Source: Monocercomonoides exilis PA203 (Eukaryota; Protista; Preaxostyla). From it: a stretch of 64,000 bases of DNA. The notes beneath the pieces were generated by a model. The model saw only the letters and a program-made list of their open reading frames with translations. It was not told where the DNA came from and searched no databases. Below are positions 37,931 through 50,497 of this stretch, in pieces. Position numbers and translations under genes: made by a program. How positions within the stretch are numbered: the stretch's first letter is position 1; each line of letters starts with the position of its first letter. The stretch lies in contig LSRY02000020.1 of the NCBI GenBank assembly GCA_001643675.2, positions 434,001-498,000 of the forward strand, given 5' to 3'.

Positions 37931-40900
37931 ATGGAACTTTGGGAACAGTTGGACGTTGCTCATCTTCAAACGAAAAAAATTGATAAATGGAAATGCAAAC
38001 TGCCTTTTTGTCCTGTTACTCTCTATTACTGTGCTGTGGAAGGTAATACTTCAGAATATTGTTTATTTTTATTCATATATATTTTTAAAAAAAATATTTG
38101 AAGGTCCAATTTGCAAAGGTTTTATATCTTTCCCAACAATTGCAAGCGGCGATTATGGAGAGCTTCATAGCCTGGAACATATGGTATTTTTTGGAAATGA
38201 AAATTTTCCAGTTGGTTTTCTTGATGATTATGCACAAGAATGCCTTTCAGACGGAACCAATGCTTGGACCTCGACAGATCATACATGTTTTACTATTCGT
38301 ACGGCTGGATTCAAGGGATTACTTCGTTTTATTCCTGTTTATATTGAATGCATTCTTTTTCCATCTCTATCTGAATCTTGCTTTAAGACTGAGATTCATC
38401 ACATTAATGGAGAAGGAAATGATAGTGGAGTCGTTTATTCTGAAATGCAAAGTTATTATTCTTCTTCAACAGATATTATAAAATTAGAAATGAATCGTTT
38501 ATTTTTCCCTTATGGAGATCCATATTCATTTGAAACTGGAGGATTGATCGAAGACATGCGAAAGTTAACACTTTCTTCTGTAAAGGAGCATCATCGAATG
38601 TTTTACAGGCCAGAAAACATGGCAATAACGCTGACGGGAACCATTCCAATGATTGAGATTTTTAAAAACCTAAATCCAATAATGAACAAGCTTAACGATC
38701 TGTATTCTAAAATGCAATTGAGGCCGTATTCCTTACCGTTGCTCGAATGCATTAAGAAGCAACTGCAAAGAGATTCAGATAATGTAAGTTTAATCGATCA
38801 ACATAAAGATTCATCAAATCAAATCACTTCAAAGTTTCAACAGAACATAAAATCAAAGTTTCCAGCAGCAACAGGGACTCTAAGCATTAAGGATAATAAA
38901 AAGCGTGTGATGGTCACGTCTCAAATGTTAATTCCCTCTGAAGAAAGCTCCTCTGATCCTCAGAAAGGGGAACAGTCGGACAAGCAGCAAGAAGACGGTG
39001 AATCAGCAGCCCACAAGAAATCTGAGCATTCCTCCTCCAGTTCCGCTACATGCGATGTTCTTCTCGCATTTACGGGACCAGATGCTCGCGACATGCTGAC
39101 ATATGACGCATTGGACATGTTGTGGGACTATCTTGCAAACGGCTCTTCCTCTCCTCTTCAGTCTGTGTTGATTGACGTTGGTGCCAAGTTGCTGAAGGCA
39201 GCTCCCACAAGCACTTCGAGTTCTGATTCGCTGCGCAAAACAGAAGAGTCGGCAGCACACAGTTGCAGATGCTCGTCAGAGTGTTCTGAGAAAGAAAATG
39301 AGAAAATCCCATTATGTGCCAAGCTGAGGTATTTGGTTGACAATGACCCGCGAAGGACGCAAAGCCTGAAATTGCTGTCTGTCCCTATGGAGCTCGTGTG
39401 TGCTGCCAAAGAAATGGTGATGGCTGTGCTGGAGCGTGTGGCAAAGTGCGATGAAGAGAGTGAAGGAGATGTTGGGCAGCAGGATACTGTTGAAGAAGAG
39501 TCAAACTCGATAAAAAAAGACGATGAAGAAGCAAATAAGAATGACGAAAAAATGGACAGAAAAGGCAGTGAAATGAATACTGGAAGTGATGACGATGATG
39601 ATAGTGATGATGATGATGACGACGACGAAAGTGAAGAAGAAGAGGAGGAGGAAGAAGATGAAGAAGATGAAGAAGAAGATGGTGATGCTCATAAAAATAC
39701 TGAGCAAACGAAGCAATCAGTCACGCAAGCAAACACTGCAGCGGCATCTGTTCACAAAGGAAGAACTTTCATTTCATCATCAGTTGATGCTCTTCTTCAA
39801 ACATCTTCGGCATCTCGAGCATCACCAAGTTCGCCTTCAGCCCACACGTTTGTTCTGCCTTCTTTGGCTTCACTGAAACGAGGAATTGACATGAAGCAGC
39901 TGCGCACTGTTATAAGCAGCCAAATAAAATCTAATATTGAAGAAGAAGAAAATGAAGCAAGCGATTTGATTAGTAGCATCACTATTGAAGATCAAGTGCT
40001 TGGAACTGTGTTTGATCAGCTGACAAAGGAGGAAGATGCAAAGAAGGGAGAAGAAAGAAGAAGCAAAACTTCTGATTCATCTTCCTCAGAGTTAAAGTCA
40101 AAGCAAACGTATCTTCAGTCTCTTTGTGGACGAAACGAGCGTTTGACTTATCTTCTGAAGCAACCTGAGTCGTATTTCATTTCTGTGCTGCGTCAGTGGA
40201 TTGTCAACAACACTTTGTATGCTGTGGAAGCAATCCCTTCTGTAAAGTTTTCTGAAGAAGAAAGAGAGAAAGAGTCAAAGCGCATTGAAGCCCAAAGAGC
40301 AGCACTGGGGCCGGAGGGTCTGAAGAGATGTGAGGATGAGCTGAATGCAGCTGTGGAAGACAACAAGCATGGCATTTATGTGTTTGATGGGAAAGATGAA
40401 GTGGAGATTGTTGAAGGAGAAAGTAACGAATGTGCATCTTCTTCTGCTGGAAAGGGAAAGAGCAAGGCAGCACAGAGAAAGAAAATTATGCATTATTCAT
40501 TGCCAGTCACAAAGCCTGAGATGGAATCGATCCCATCAATTGCAATCTTCCCATGTGTCAATGACTCCATCCCCTCTTTTTTGAGCACTCTGAATCCAAC
40601 TGCAGAAAATGACTCTCATTACGATAAAAAAGACACAACAGAAAAAAATATCAAAGAGACTTCAGTTGAATTGATGAAAGATAAGCCAAGCCCCCTGACA
40701 GATTTGAGGCTTAATGCGCAGTCTGAATTTCCGATTTTCACAGAGATTATGCATGTTCCATCGACACGCGTAATTAAAGTTCAACTTTATACTCCAATTT
40801 TAGTTCACCCATCTGTTGTAACTTCGTCTGTTTCACCAGATATTCCTCAATATCTTTTGCCCTACTTCACATTGCTTCAAACAACCATGTTTGATTCTGA

Positions 40901-43215
40901 TGTGATATTTGAGAAAGGCCAAATTCCTCATTCAGACCAGCCACAGTCATCTCCAGCCTCTTCCTCTTCCTCTTCCTCCTCATCTTCTTCAGTCGAAACA
41001 GCCTCAGAACTCCCGTCTAATTGCTTTATGATAAAGCACAAATCTCTCCAAGTGCAGCTTGATGCGCATTTCGATTCCTATGATTGTTCTGTCGGAAACA
41101 ACGGAGGAGGGGCAAGCTGCCCGTTTGCGAGTGGAAGTTCTGTGAATTGGCTGGTGGTGGAGATGTCGACTGTGCTGGACGACACTGCTACAAAAGAAAA
41201 CAGCAGATCGCAAGATGAGGAGCCATGTGATGGAGAAAACATTGACGATCCGCTGGCTCTTCTCCTTGGCTATCTTTCTTCGTTCATTTTTTATTCTGGC
41301 ATCTGCTCTTCCCCACAGCTGCTGCTGTCTCATTGTCGCCGTCTGCTTCAGCTGAGCTTAAATAATCGAAAGAAAGACGAGAACATTCTGGTTTCGTTGT
41401 ACAATCATGAACTTTATTCGGGTGTTTCTCCATCTGACAGATCGATTAGCAGTATTGATCAGGAAAGCTGGCTCAGAGACATCATACCTTCGTTAAAGAA
41501 AGAAGCATCAAACTTTAAAAAGCCAAAGAATTGTAATAAAAAAGCAGAAAACTCGGATGTGGACGCATTACCTCGATTGTCACATAATTGTCAGTCATTT
41601 ACAGCAGACTTCTACAAACTTGTTACATTTCTTTGTCATCCTGACAGGCTGCGTCATTCAAAATTGTTTATTTCAGCTAATTTTGCTCATCCGTCTCTTA
41701 ATAAATCCAGAAACAATTTCAAGCAACTTGTGAATGAAATGATAAATAGAGCAGAAAGAATAAGAAAAGTGCGAAATGAATATATGAAGAAAAAGTGGAT
41801 GCTAACTTTAAATGAAGAATTTTCAGATTCATTGGAGCCTCCGCAAAGCGAAAAATGTGATTGCTGCGATGATGATGAAGATCAAATACTTGGAGATTCA
41901 ATGGAAATTGAACAGAAATGCAAGCAGAACGATTCGAATGACCTTTCCTTTAAAAAAATTGCATCAGAGTTTAGCATCATGAAAAAGTTTCCTTTATCGT
42001 CTTCTCTTTTCTCGATGTGGCCTTCGTGTTTATCGCAGTTCTATCCTCATCTTATAAGTTCATCACCTTCTTCAGATGATCATTCAAAAGAAGGAAAAAT
42101 CATTGCAGCACTACAGAGTTATTCACACAGCAATCCTTTGAATCGTCATGTCATATTTGCTCTTCCTTCGACTGACTCAAGTAACATTTTTATCACAGCT
42201 CCTGGACTTACATCGCATAACCTCATTGGAAGAAACTGCATACCATCTACAGACAGATCAGAAGCAGCTAAAAATATTGCTGATGAAAATGAGCGGAACG
42301 ATTACGCTGCGCTTTCGCTGCTGACGTATTTGATCAACTCGGGTGAAGGAGTGCTGTACCAGTCGGTTCGAAGCAAAGGGCTGTGCTACGGGTGCTCCGT
42401 GGACATGTATGTGAGCGATGGCTGTGTTGGGCTTTCGCTGTCTAACTGTGTTGATCCTGTGGGTGCTTTGTCTGAAGCTAAAAAGAGTTTAACCACACTG
42501 AAAATAGAAGGTTGGGATGCCAAAGGGAAAGGAGAAACTGAGAACTCCATTGAAGAATTAAAATCAAGGAAATCAGAGCTTGAGGGCTGTCTTAAATCTG
42601 ATTCATGCGATTCAGCGTCTTCTTTAGCAGAAGATGTTGATCACGATCGACGTGGCGAACAAACCGCCAGAATAGTAATATCTCCTTCGACATTACAGCG
42701 AGCCCGCTCATCGTGTCTCTTTACTGAACTTTTTAGATTGGAGCAGCCTTCAGATGTTGTTTCAAAAGAGACTGCTTTCGTTTTTCGAACAAAATGTTGG
42801 GGAGACGAAGAAACAAGCGGGGAACAGATCGAGGAAAAAGGAGAGAAGATTGGGAACGATGAGATGAAAGTGGCTCATACAGCAAGGGAATGGATGAACA
42901 CCTATCTTTCTCAGATCAATGTATGCATTAAAAATTATTGTTATTGTTTAAATTTTTTTAAATTTGTTATTTTTTTTATTGTAATGATGTTATATGTATT
43001 TATATTTTTAGAAAGTCGATGCGAAGGCCATGTCCGAAGTCCACTCAAGGTATATACAACAGCTGTTTAATCCCGAGCAAACTATTTGCACTGTCGTGTG
43101 CCCCTCAAGTCAGTTGGAACGCATTACAGAGGAGTTTAAATCACGCTTTGGGATGCATTTGACAATATTACATTCCTTTGACGAAATTAGGCACCTAAAT
43201 CAAGGGGTTCAATGA
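37931..43215 (+). CDS. M16C-family zinc metallopeptidase (C05D11.1-like subgroup)
   Basis: Exon 1 37931-38042, intron 38043-38103, last intron 42921-43011. Inverted zincin HSLEH, TNAWTSTDHT, EIHHINGEGNDSGVVYSEMQ, ETGG, FYRPENM and C-terminal LYQSVRSKGLCYG. Confidence 0.88.
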
Positions 43216-44027
43216 TATGGTTCAATCTTTTCGTTCATTCATGAAATGGAGAATGTGATTTTTGAGCAAAACAGAACGAAGATATCAAAGAGTTTGCTTG
43301 TAGTTGCGCACAAATCCGTGCTTTAATAATTTACAGCATTCATTGAATTTTATCGAATGACATTATTTGTTCAAATTTTTGTGATTGCACATGATGAAAA
43401 AATATTTTTCTGATTCTTGTCAACGATAATTCAAATTCGAAAAACACAATTTTCCTTTTTTAATAATTTTTAACAAAATAATGATATATGGCTGAACCTT
43501 TTTGAAATCATTCTTTCTGTCGAGTTTTGATCAAAATATTGTTCTCAATGAGGTTTTTTAAAAAAATGAGTTGAAATAGGGAACACTTATTGTTTATGAC
43601 ACTTCTATTGTAATAACAAATATTGACACAAATCCCATTGGGATTTAATGTTTGAACAAAACTCGAACTAAAGAATGATTTTTAAAAGGATCAGTCATAT
43701 AAACGAATTCTTTAAGCAATTGGTTGTCTCTGTCAAATTGAATTTTAATATGTTTTCAATTGCAAAATACATCTTTGTCTTTATTAGAACAATTTTCAAT
43801 TATTTCGATAAGTTCTTATATAAAAAAATTTTAAAACTTTTCTTGAAAAACCTCAATCTTTTTTTGACTTATTCTGCTTTCATGTCATTTCAAATGAAAC
43901 ATTTTTGATAGAATAAAGTGGAGAAATATTGTTAAAAATGAAATGATGCACAAACGAAAGAGAGGAGAAAATTTCTTGACACAAAAATATTCGTCCTATT
44001 TATTTTTGGAATATTTTTTCTTTTGAT

Positions 44028-44954
44028 GGAAAATACGTCCTTTTAAAGCTTTTTTTGTTCAAGGCATTGAAAAATTGTTTCACACATAACTTTATTTTTC
44101 TTTCTCAGATTTCAAAATAAATATGATTTTCATATCCCAAAACAGGCATCGTTGAAATCAAAACATTAAATTTTCCAATAAATAACGAATATCATAAAAT
44201 CGACCCATTTTTATTGTGTCTTTTGAATTCAAAAACTCAACGAAAAATTAATAATTTCTCTGAGAAAATGCCAAAAGTGAAATATTTTGCCCCACTTCAC
44301 AAATCAAAAACTTTCCTCAATGAATCGTATAAAAAAATCAAACATCGGAATCAATTCATATTAATATTTAAAGATTATTTAAGAATAATACAATCTATTT
44401 ACGTTGAATTCAGAATAAGAAATAAAATTTTAATCCATTATTGTTGTCTTTTTTTTTTTAAAAGTGACAGGTTAAACCAATTAGCCGAAAAACATGAAAA
44501 AGCGACAACTGTAAAAAAACTTAATTTACAAAAGATTAAACATGGAAAGGAAATTTTTCTTTTCTGCATGGTTCGTTTTATCTAAAATAATTTCTCTTGT
44601 GTTTATTATATCGTTGTTTCAAATGATCGTTGTTCAACTTTTTGATTAGTGAAGAACTTCGTCTTTTTTTTGATTTTTTTTTCAGATGGGGCAAAATATT
44701 TCACTTCAGGCATTTTTATTGAAAAATTATGCATTTTCGATTAACTTTTTTATATCAAAAAGCACAATAAAAATGGGTCATTTTTTGACATTCGTGAAAT
44801 ATTGGAAAACTTTATGTTTTGATTTCAATGATGCCTGTTAACGGGAATGAAAATCAAATTTATTTTGAAATCGGAGCAAGCGAAACAATGTTATGAGTGA
44901 AACAATTTTTTCAAGCTTTGTGCATAAAAAGCTTGAAAGTCCATATTTTACCCC
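44028..44954. mobile_element. Non-autonomous foldback element with ~280-bp or longer inverted arms
   Basis: Symmetric reverse-complement blocks: GTGAAATATTTTGCCCCA (44277) / TGGGGCAAAATATTTCAC (44687); GACCCATTTTTATTGTG / CACAATAAAAATGGGTC; ACAGGCATCGTTGAAATCAAAACAT / ATGTTTTGATTTCAATGATGCCTGT. Ends approximate; no TSD seen. Confidence 0.8.
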
Positions 44955-45089
44955 AGATAAAAGAATTTGATACAATTTTCTTTCTTTCTTTCTTTCTTTT
45001 CTTTTCTTTTGACCTTTCAGGCTCCAATTTTAAAAAAATTTGAATTGCTTTTCAAATAATTTACCTCTGCTTGTAAAAAAAGGTCAGAA

Positions 45090-45910
45090 AATTTGAATTT
45101 GTTAGTCAAACTGCAATTTTGATATCTAACTTTGCATCATCCAAGCCGTTTTTGCACCTGCTTGCATATTGCTTTTATTGCCTTTTCATTTTCCAGGAAA
45201 ATTATTCAACAGGAATCTATCTCAAAGTTTCTCTTTCATTGAATGAAACTTCTTCTATCGTTTCAGCATTTTTGATTGGTGATATGTCTTCTATTCCTTC
45301 AACAGTGCCATGATATCCTCTGTCTGCCATCACTTTCCAACGTATTTATCCTTCATTCAATCCATATTCATTTCTTTTATTATTCAATATTTTGTAATGT
45401 TCTTCAATAACTTTTTGCCTCGTTTTTGATAAAAAAAAAAAATTGAAAGTTATTCTAGACAACTTATGAAGCAAACAAAACTTTAAAAGGATATCAAGCT
45501 GCAACTGCGACCTGTATTTTCAATCGGGAGACTTTTTGATTCCCATCCTAAAACAATTTTTGATTTTCAAAACTGCTTATTGGATTATCTGTTCAAATTG
45601 ATATTTCATCAGCAAGATATGCAACATTTCAGAAAAAATTTCCAGTATCTGAATAGAGAGGACTCCTTTTCTCGATGTCCATTCTTCTCAAAATATATTT
45701 TTGAAAGGATTGAACGTATTTGAGAAAAAGCATTAGAAAAAATATGGCCACTATTGTGAAATTAAATCACAATAATTGTTTGTGTAGTTCCTGAATTCAG
45801 TAATTAGATGTGATAAAGCATTTTGTCAAAAAAAATTAAAGAACCTCTTGGTTCTTTTTTTGGTGAAAGGCATATTTCATTCTCAAGTTTGCTCCAAAGT
45901 CGTATCATTG
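45090..45910 (-). mobile_element. Decayed DDE_Tnp_4 (PIF/Harbinger/ISL2EU-like) transposase
   Basis: Manual minus-strand translation: NVAYLADEISI*TDNPISSFENQKLF*DGNQKVSRLKIQVAV (~45500-45630), WKVMADRGYHG (45307-45339), FNERETLR*IPVE*FSWKMKR (~45180-45245). This is the motif order of DDE_Tnp_4. 5' limit uncertain. Confidence 0.7.
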
Positions 45911-45946
45911 TTTTTCTGTAAATTAATATTTGTTAAGAGATTTTAT

Positions 45947-46442
45947 GGTGAATGAGAACAAAACGTACTGTTCAAAAAATAACACAAATAAAGTTTTATT
46001 TCCAAAAAAAAAGCAAGACTCAATGGATACAAAGCAATCAATAAAATTGTAACATTCATTTTCGACTCAAAATTCCAGTGATAAATAATCGCCTTTTTCA
46101 TCAAAAAATCTATGATCAAACCCTAATAATATAATTTCTCATAATTTCTAATTAGGTTTAAGAGAGGCTATTGGTATCAATGCCTTCACAACGAGTGAAT
46201 TAGTGTATAATATAAATTAAAATATGAACCTAAATCACTGATTAGGGTATTATTTATCAAAAAAAGACTTGAAACAGGTGATTTGTTGATGAAGAATTTC
46301 ATAAATGGGTCACCAATTCAATTATTCGAATTCGACAAAATTTACCAGTAAAAATATCCCACATGGACTTATTACTTATTTTGATAACGAACATTCACGT
46401 TTTAAAAAGCATTTTGAACAGTACGTTTTGTTCCCACTTACC
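45947..46442. mobile_element. 496-bp MITE with GG..CC termini and 8-bp target-site duplication
   Basis: Left end GGTGAATGAGAACAAAACGTACTGTTCAAAA; right end reverse-complemented GGTAAGTGGGAACAAAACGTACTGTTCAAAA. GATTTTAT flanks both sides (45939-45946, 46443-46450). Confidence 0.88.
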
Positions 46443-46673
46443 GATTTTATTTTGTGACAACAATAAAACAGCATTCATATTGGCATGAGAGCAAATAATA
46501 TCCAATTTTGAAGTCTATGTGTTCTTTTAAAAGCATATACATAAAAAAATAACATGCCTTTTGAATTATCAAATCAAACATTTTTTATGTTTAATCTATT
46601 ATCATCTTTTGAAACAATCAAATAAAAACGGTTACGATCAATATTGAAGTTAATTTGTTTAAAAATACGTGCT

Positions 46674-49634
46674 ATGATTTGGGTTGCGTGCATGCTTTGC
46701 TATTTGTGCAATAGTAATTTCATAGAAGGGCATAAAGGTCAAACAAACAATTACAACAAAGTAAAAGAAGAAGCACTGCACAAAGAGAATATTATTAGTG
46801 TTTTTGAAAGAATTAATCATCAGAAACAAAATTTCACATTATATGTGCTAGAGCAAGATTACATCATTGAAGAAGAGAAATATTGTGTAGCCGCGGAAAA
46901 TGAAAGGGAATTCGATGAAATTGCAAATAAAAGTATCTTATTTAAAATGGAAGAACCCTCAGAGGTGTGTAACAAAATTGCAAAAAAAGAAATGGTAAGC
47001 AACGAGGAAAATAAAGCGAACGTGGATGGAGAAAATGGAGTTGATAGCGAAGAATGCGGCCAAAATGGAAAAGTCCCGTGCAAAACCATAAAGAAGGCAG
47101 TGGAGCACTGCAAACCAAAAAGCACACTAACAATTCACATTGCAGAAAGCTGCAACAAATACGACTTTGAGCCAATAGTTATTGAAGGATGCAAAATCTA
47201 TATATTAATCGGTTGGTTTAAAAAAGCTCGAATTTCCACAGCTTTGGACGAAAACAAAGTGCAAGAAGGGGATGCATTGTTTAATGTGAAAGGCGAGGGT
47301 CACTTTTACATGTGCAGAGCAGACATATGTGTGGACACAAAACGAGAAAGCGGACGAAATCAGGGATTCATTGCTGTTGAGGGAGAGGGGTCAGAGGTGG
47401 AACTGGACACTTTGAATATCAGCAACATGGATTCGAATAATGCACTTAACTGTGTGCTGATTCAATGCAAATTAGGAGGGTTGAATCTTCGAACAGTCAA
47501 GATCTCACAGTTTAACTCCTTTAATGCATTGATATTTGCCGAAGCTTCTCAAAAAGTTTATGCGTATGATTTAACTTTGGAAGCAATTTTCACACGGAGC
47601 AAAACTCAATCAGTCATCACAATTCTGGGGGAGTGTAGATCAACATATTTTGATAATTGTGAAATTTCAAATTGCCAATCGACAGATCACAAACTTGGAG
47701 GAGCAGTTTATTTGGAAATTGAGAATGAAGAACATTCTTATTTATTTCAAGACTGCTGCTTTTCGAACTGTTCGTGCAAAGATACAAATGCGAACATTGA
47801 AAAAAGGAATGAGCAGCAAAATGACGAGTCAAAAGGAGGAGCAATATATATTCGAGTGGCCGATGAAGCGACTGAAAAACTGAAGTTATCATTAAAAGGG
47901 ATGATTATTTCAGACTGCACAGCAGACAAAGGGGAATATATTTTCATGTCTCTTCCAGCAGGAAGAGAGCAGATTGACGAAAATGAATTTTCGCTGGAAA
48001 TGGAAGGGATATACGGGAAGGCTAATTATGTATTATTGGAAGTCAGGAGAGGGGATGTTGCAGATATTGATCTTTTGGCAGACGATAGAAACAGACTGCT
48101 GTATTATTCAGCAAATATTTATGTGGGAGGTGACAAAGCAAGCAACAAGGATTCATGCGGGAGAAAAGAAGAACCATGCGATATGATCAGCGCAACCATC
48201 AAGCACAATCTAAGATATAATTATTTGACACTGAACATCATTGAAAGGGTACTTGTTAATGAACCATTGTTGGGTTTTCAGCATGTTAGTATTTCATCAA
48301 TGTTAGCTGCTTTTTCAGTGCCTTTCTCAACGACAGAACAGAACAGAGGAATACTTCGAATCGGAGCAAATTTGAAGGCTGGAGGATCGATTGCTGTGTT
48401 TGGAGAAGGAAACACCTTCGTTACACTTCAACATTTTGATATTGAATATCCGGATGCAATTGAAGGAGACGCGCTCAATTTAATTCATGGATCATATGGA
48501 CTGACAATCGCTGATGTTGTCTTTAGACCATGGTACACTGGATTAGAGGGCGAAAATGTTCTTGGAGGAGAAGGAAAGCTTCTTCCATATAAATTGATTG
48601 AGTGCAATATTGTGAATGGAAACATTTCACAGCTTACCATTTATGGGAGAAACAGAAACATCACAAGAAAAAATCAACGTATAAGCGATGAAGCTAACAA
48701 GAGACTCTCAGTAATGGAAGGCGATCTTGAAAAGGAGAGAATCGATCAAATGAACGAAGTGGAAAAGCCATTGTGCTCTTGGGATTCGGGGCTATTTTTT
48801 CTGAATATTTCGTCTATTACGCATGTAAATGACAGTAAATTTATTGACATAAGTGATGGTGTTTTCTATTCATTGAAATCGAGTTTGAATCTGCGTAATT
48901 GCAGCTTTGTAAACAATCATCCTGCTGATCAAGATTGGGAAAAATATCCCTCATTGCGCCACAACATTCGATTCGATGGAAGTGAGAATTATTCGATTGA
49001 TATTGACTCATTGATGTCTGGAAGTGATGGATTGGATGGAAAGCCGTTTGGAATTATTTCAGAAGTAAAAGCAGGCGGAACAGCTTTTGAGAACATGGAT
49101 TCGTATTTCTTTTCTCCTGTTTTTAAGGACATAACACTGAAAAGAGAAGAAACAAGCAAAAAGAATGAAATGCAAAATAAAGAGGAAAGTCAAAAAGAGA
49201 TTGAAGCCGTTGTGCATGGATCGTATCTGTTTCCTTGTGGACTGACGTTAGAAGCTTCGAAAAAAAAGAAAGGAGAAGAAATGAAATGGACAAATTGCCC
49301 TGTTTCAGAATATACAAATGAGACAGAAATGAAAGTGAGGATTCCTCCATCTTTGTTAGAAGTGGATGACTACACATCAGTTGTCTGCCGCTTGACTTAT
49401 TCGAGTGGGATTATTGATGGAGAGAATAAGCATTCTTCAAATGTTATCTTGGTGAAACAGAAGAAAGACGATCCAAAGGCAATGCCTACCACACATCTTG
49501 TTGTAATCATTGTTTCTACAATCGTTTTTACGATTGTCGTGGTGGTGATTGTGATTGTGACCGTTGTGTGTGTGGTCAGAAGCGAAAAACGAAGGCAATA
49601 CACAGAAATCAATGAGGTGAATATTTGTGATTGA
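46674..49634 (+). CDS. Beta-helix surface membrane protein without kinase domain
   Basis: N-terminal hydrophobic segment; CG....PC and GGA[VI]Y repeats; CSWDSG, EKYPSLRHNI and LFPCGL motifs matching CKWNGS, EKYPSLRRNI and FLPCDL in the 23625 protein; C-terminal TM with short tail RRQYTEI. Confidence 0.82.
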   Translation: MIWVACMLCYLCNSNFIEGHKGQTNNYNKVKEEALHKENIISVFERINHQKQNFTLYVLEQDYIIEEEKYCVAAENEREFDEIANKSILFKMEEPSEVCNKIAKKEMVSNEENKANVDGENGVDSEECGQNGKVPCKTIKKAVEHCKPKSTLTIHIAESCNKYDFEPIVIEGCKIYILIGWFKKARISTALDENKVQEGDALFNVKGEGHFYMCRADICVDTKRESGRNQGFIAVEGEGSEVELDTLNISNMDSNNALNCVLIQCKLGGLNLRTVKISQFNSFNALIFAEASQKVYAYDLTLEAIFTRSKTQSVITILGECRSTYFDNCEISNCQSTDHKLGGAVYLEIENEEHSYLFQDCCFSNCSCKDTNANIEKRNEQQNDESKGGAIYIRVADEATEKLKLSLKGMIISDCTADKGEYIFMSLPAGREQIDENEFSLEMEGIYGKANYVLLEVRRGDVADIDLLADDRNRLLYYSANIYVGGDKASNKDSCGRKEEPCDMISATIKHNLRYNYLTLNIIERVLVNEPLLGFQHVSISSMLAAFSVPFSTTEQNRGILRIGANLKAGGSIAVFGEGNTFVTLQHFDIEYPDAIEGDALNLIHGSYGLTIADVVFRPWYTGLEGENVLGGEGKLLPYKLIECNIVNGNISQLTIYGRNRNITRKNQRISDEANKRLSVMEGDLEKERIDQMNEVEKPLCSWDSGLFFLNISSITHVNDSKFIDISDGVFYSLKSSLNLRNCSFVNNHPADQDWEKYPSLRHNIRFDGSENYSIDIDSLMSGSDGLDGKPFGIISEVKAGGTAFENMDSYFFSPVFKDITLKREETSKKNEMQNKEESQKEIEAVVHGSYLFPCGLTLEASKKKKGEEMKWTNCPVSEYTNETEMKVRIPPSLLEVDDYTSVVCRLTYSSGIIDGENKHSSNVILVKQKKDDPKAMPTTHLVVIIVSTIVFTIVVVVIVIVTVVCVVRSEKRRQYTEINEVNICD

Positions 49635-50497
49635 TTTTATAAAATGTTAGCGATTGTTTAGTTATGTTTGTTAAAAGATTATAATGAAGCGATTAGTTTA
49701 TTTTAACATTTGGATTTTTTTGTTATTTTATCTTTTTTTCTTTACCTCATTCATGAAGTTTTAGAATTTACAATTCATATGGAATATTTTTAAACATATG
49801 ATAGCATTGAGTTTATATTTTTCTTCTTTTTTTCGTTGAAGTGCTTAATTGTTTTATGTTTTTCCTTCTTTTTTCAAAGATTGTAAAAATTTGAATGTTA
49901 CAATGAACATTTTTTTTTCATGATGGAATATTTTATAAAAGAGTTCATAATCATGGAAGATCGAGAACCGAAAAAAAAATACTTCTGTCACAAAGGAGAA
50001 CAATAAAAATGAAAACGAATTAATTGAAAGAAGATTATCTGGTCCATTCACAAATCAAAATCGAAGCAGCACGTTGAACAACTTAAAAAATTATGAATTT
50101 CAATCCTCTTTTGCTTCTTTAATTTGATAACATTTTTTGATAAGCAAAAAATAAAATCAAAATGTTGTTCTTTCCACTTCTATTCATTTTATCTTCAAAT
50201 ATTTGATTTTTATTGAAATATTATACAACAGCATTTTTTGATTTCAAAAAAGAAAAGAAACTTTAATATCAAATTACATCCTTTTGTTGAACAATAATCT
50301 TCTTTCTCAAAAAAAAGAAAAAATACGAAATACAAAGTTTTTTAAACAAATGAATAAAAATGAAGCAAAAACAAATTCCTTTCAGAAATAAATCTTTCTG
50401 TAATCAGTCAAAAATAATCTATTAATATTTAATAAATAAAATTATTATCATTAATAAAATAAAAAATTCTTTTAAAATTAAAAATCATTTCAAAAAC

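Noticed and set aside
37737-38103. Hydrophobic N-terminal extension of the 1777-aa ORF as a targeting or TM region
   Set aside because: It is read-through of upstream AT-rich DNA and an intron; the spliced start at 37931 fits the family alignment.
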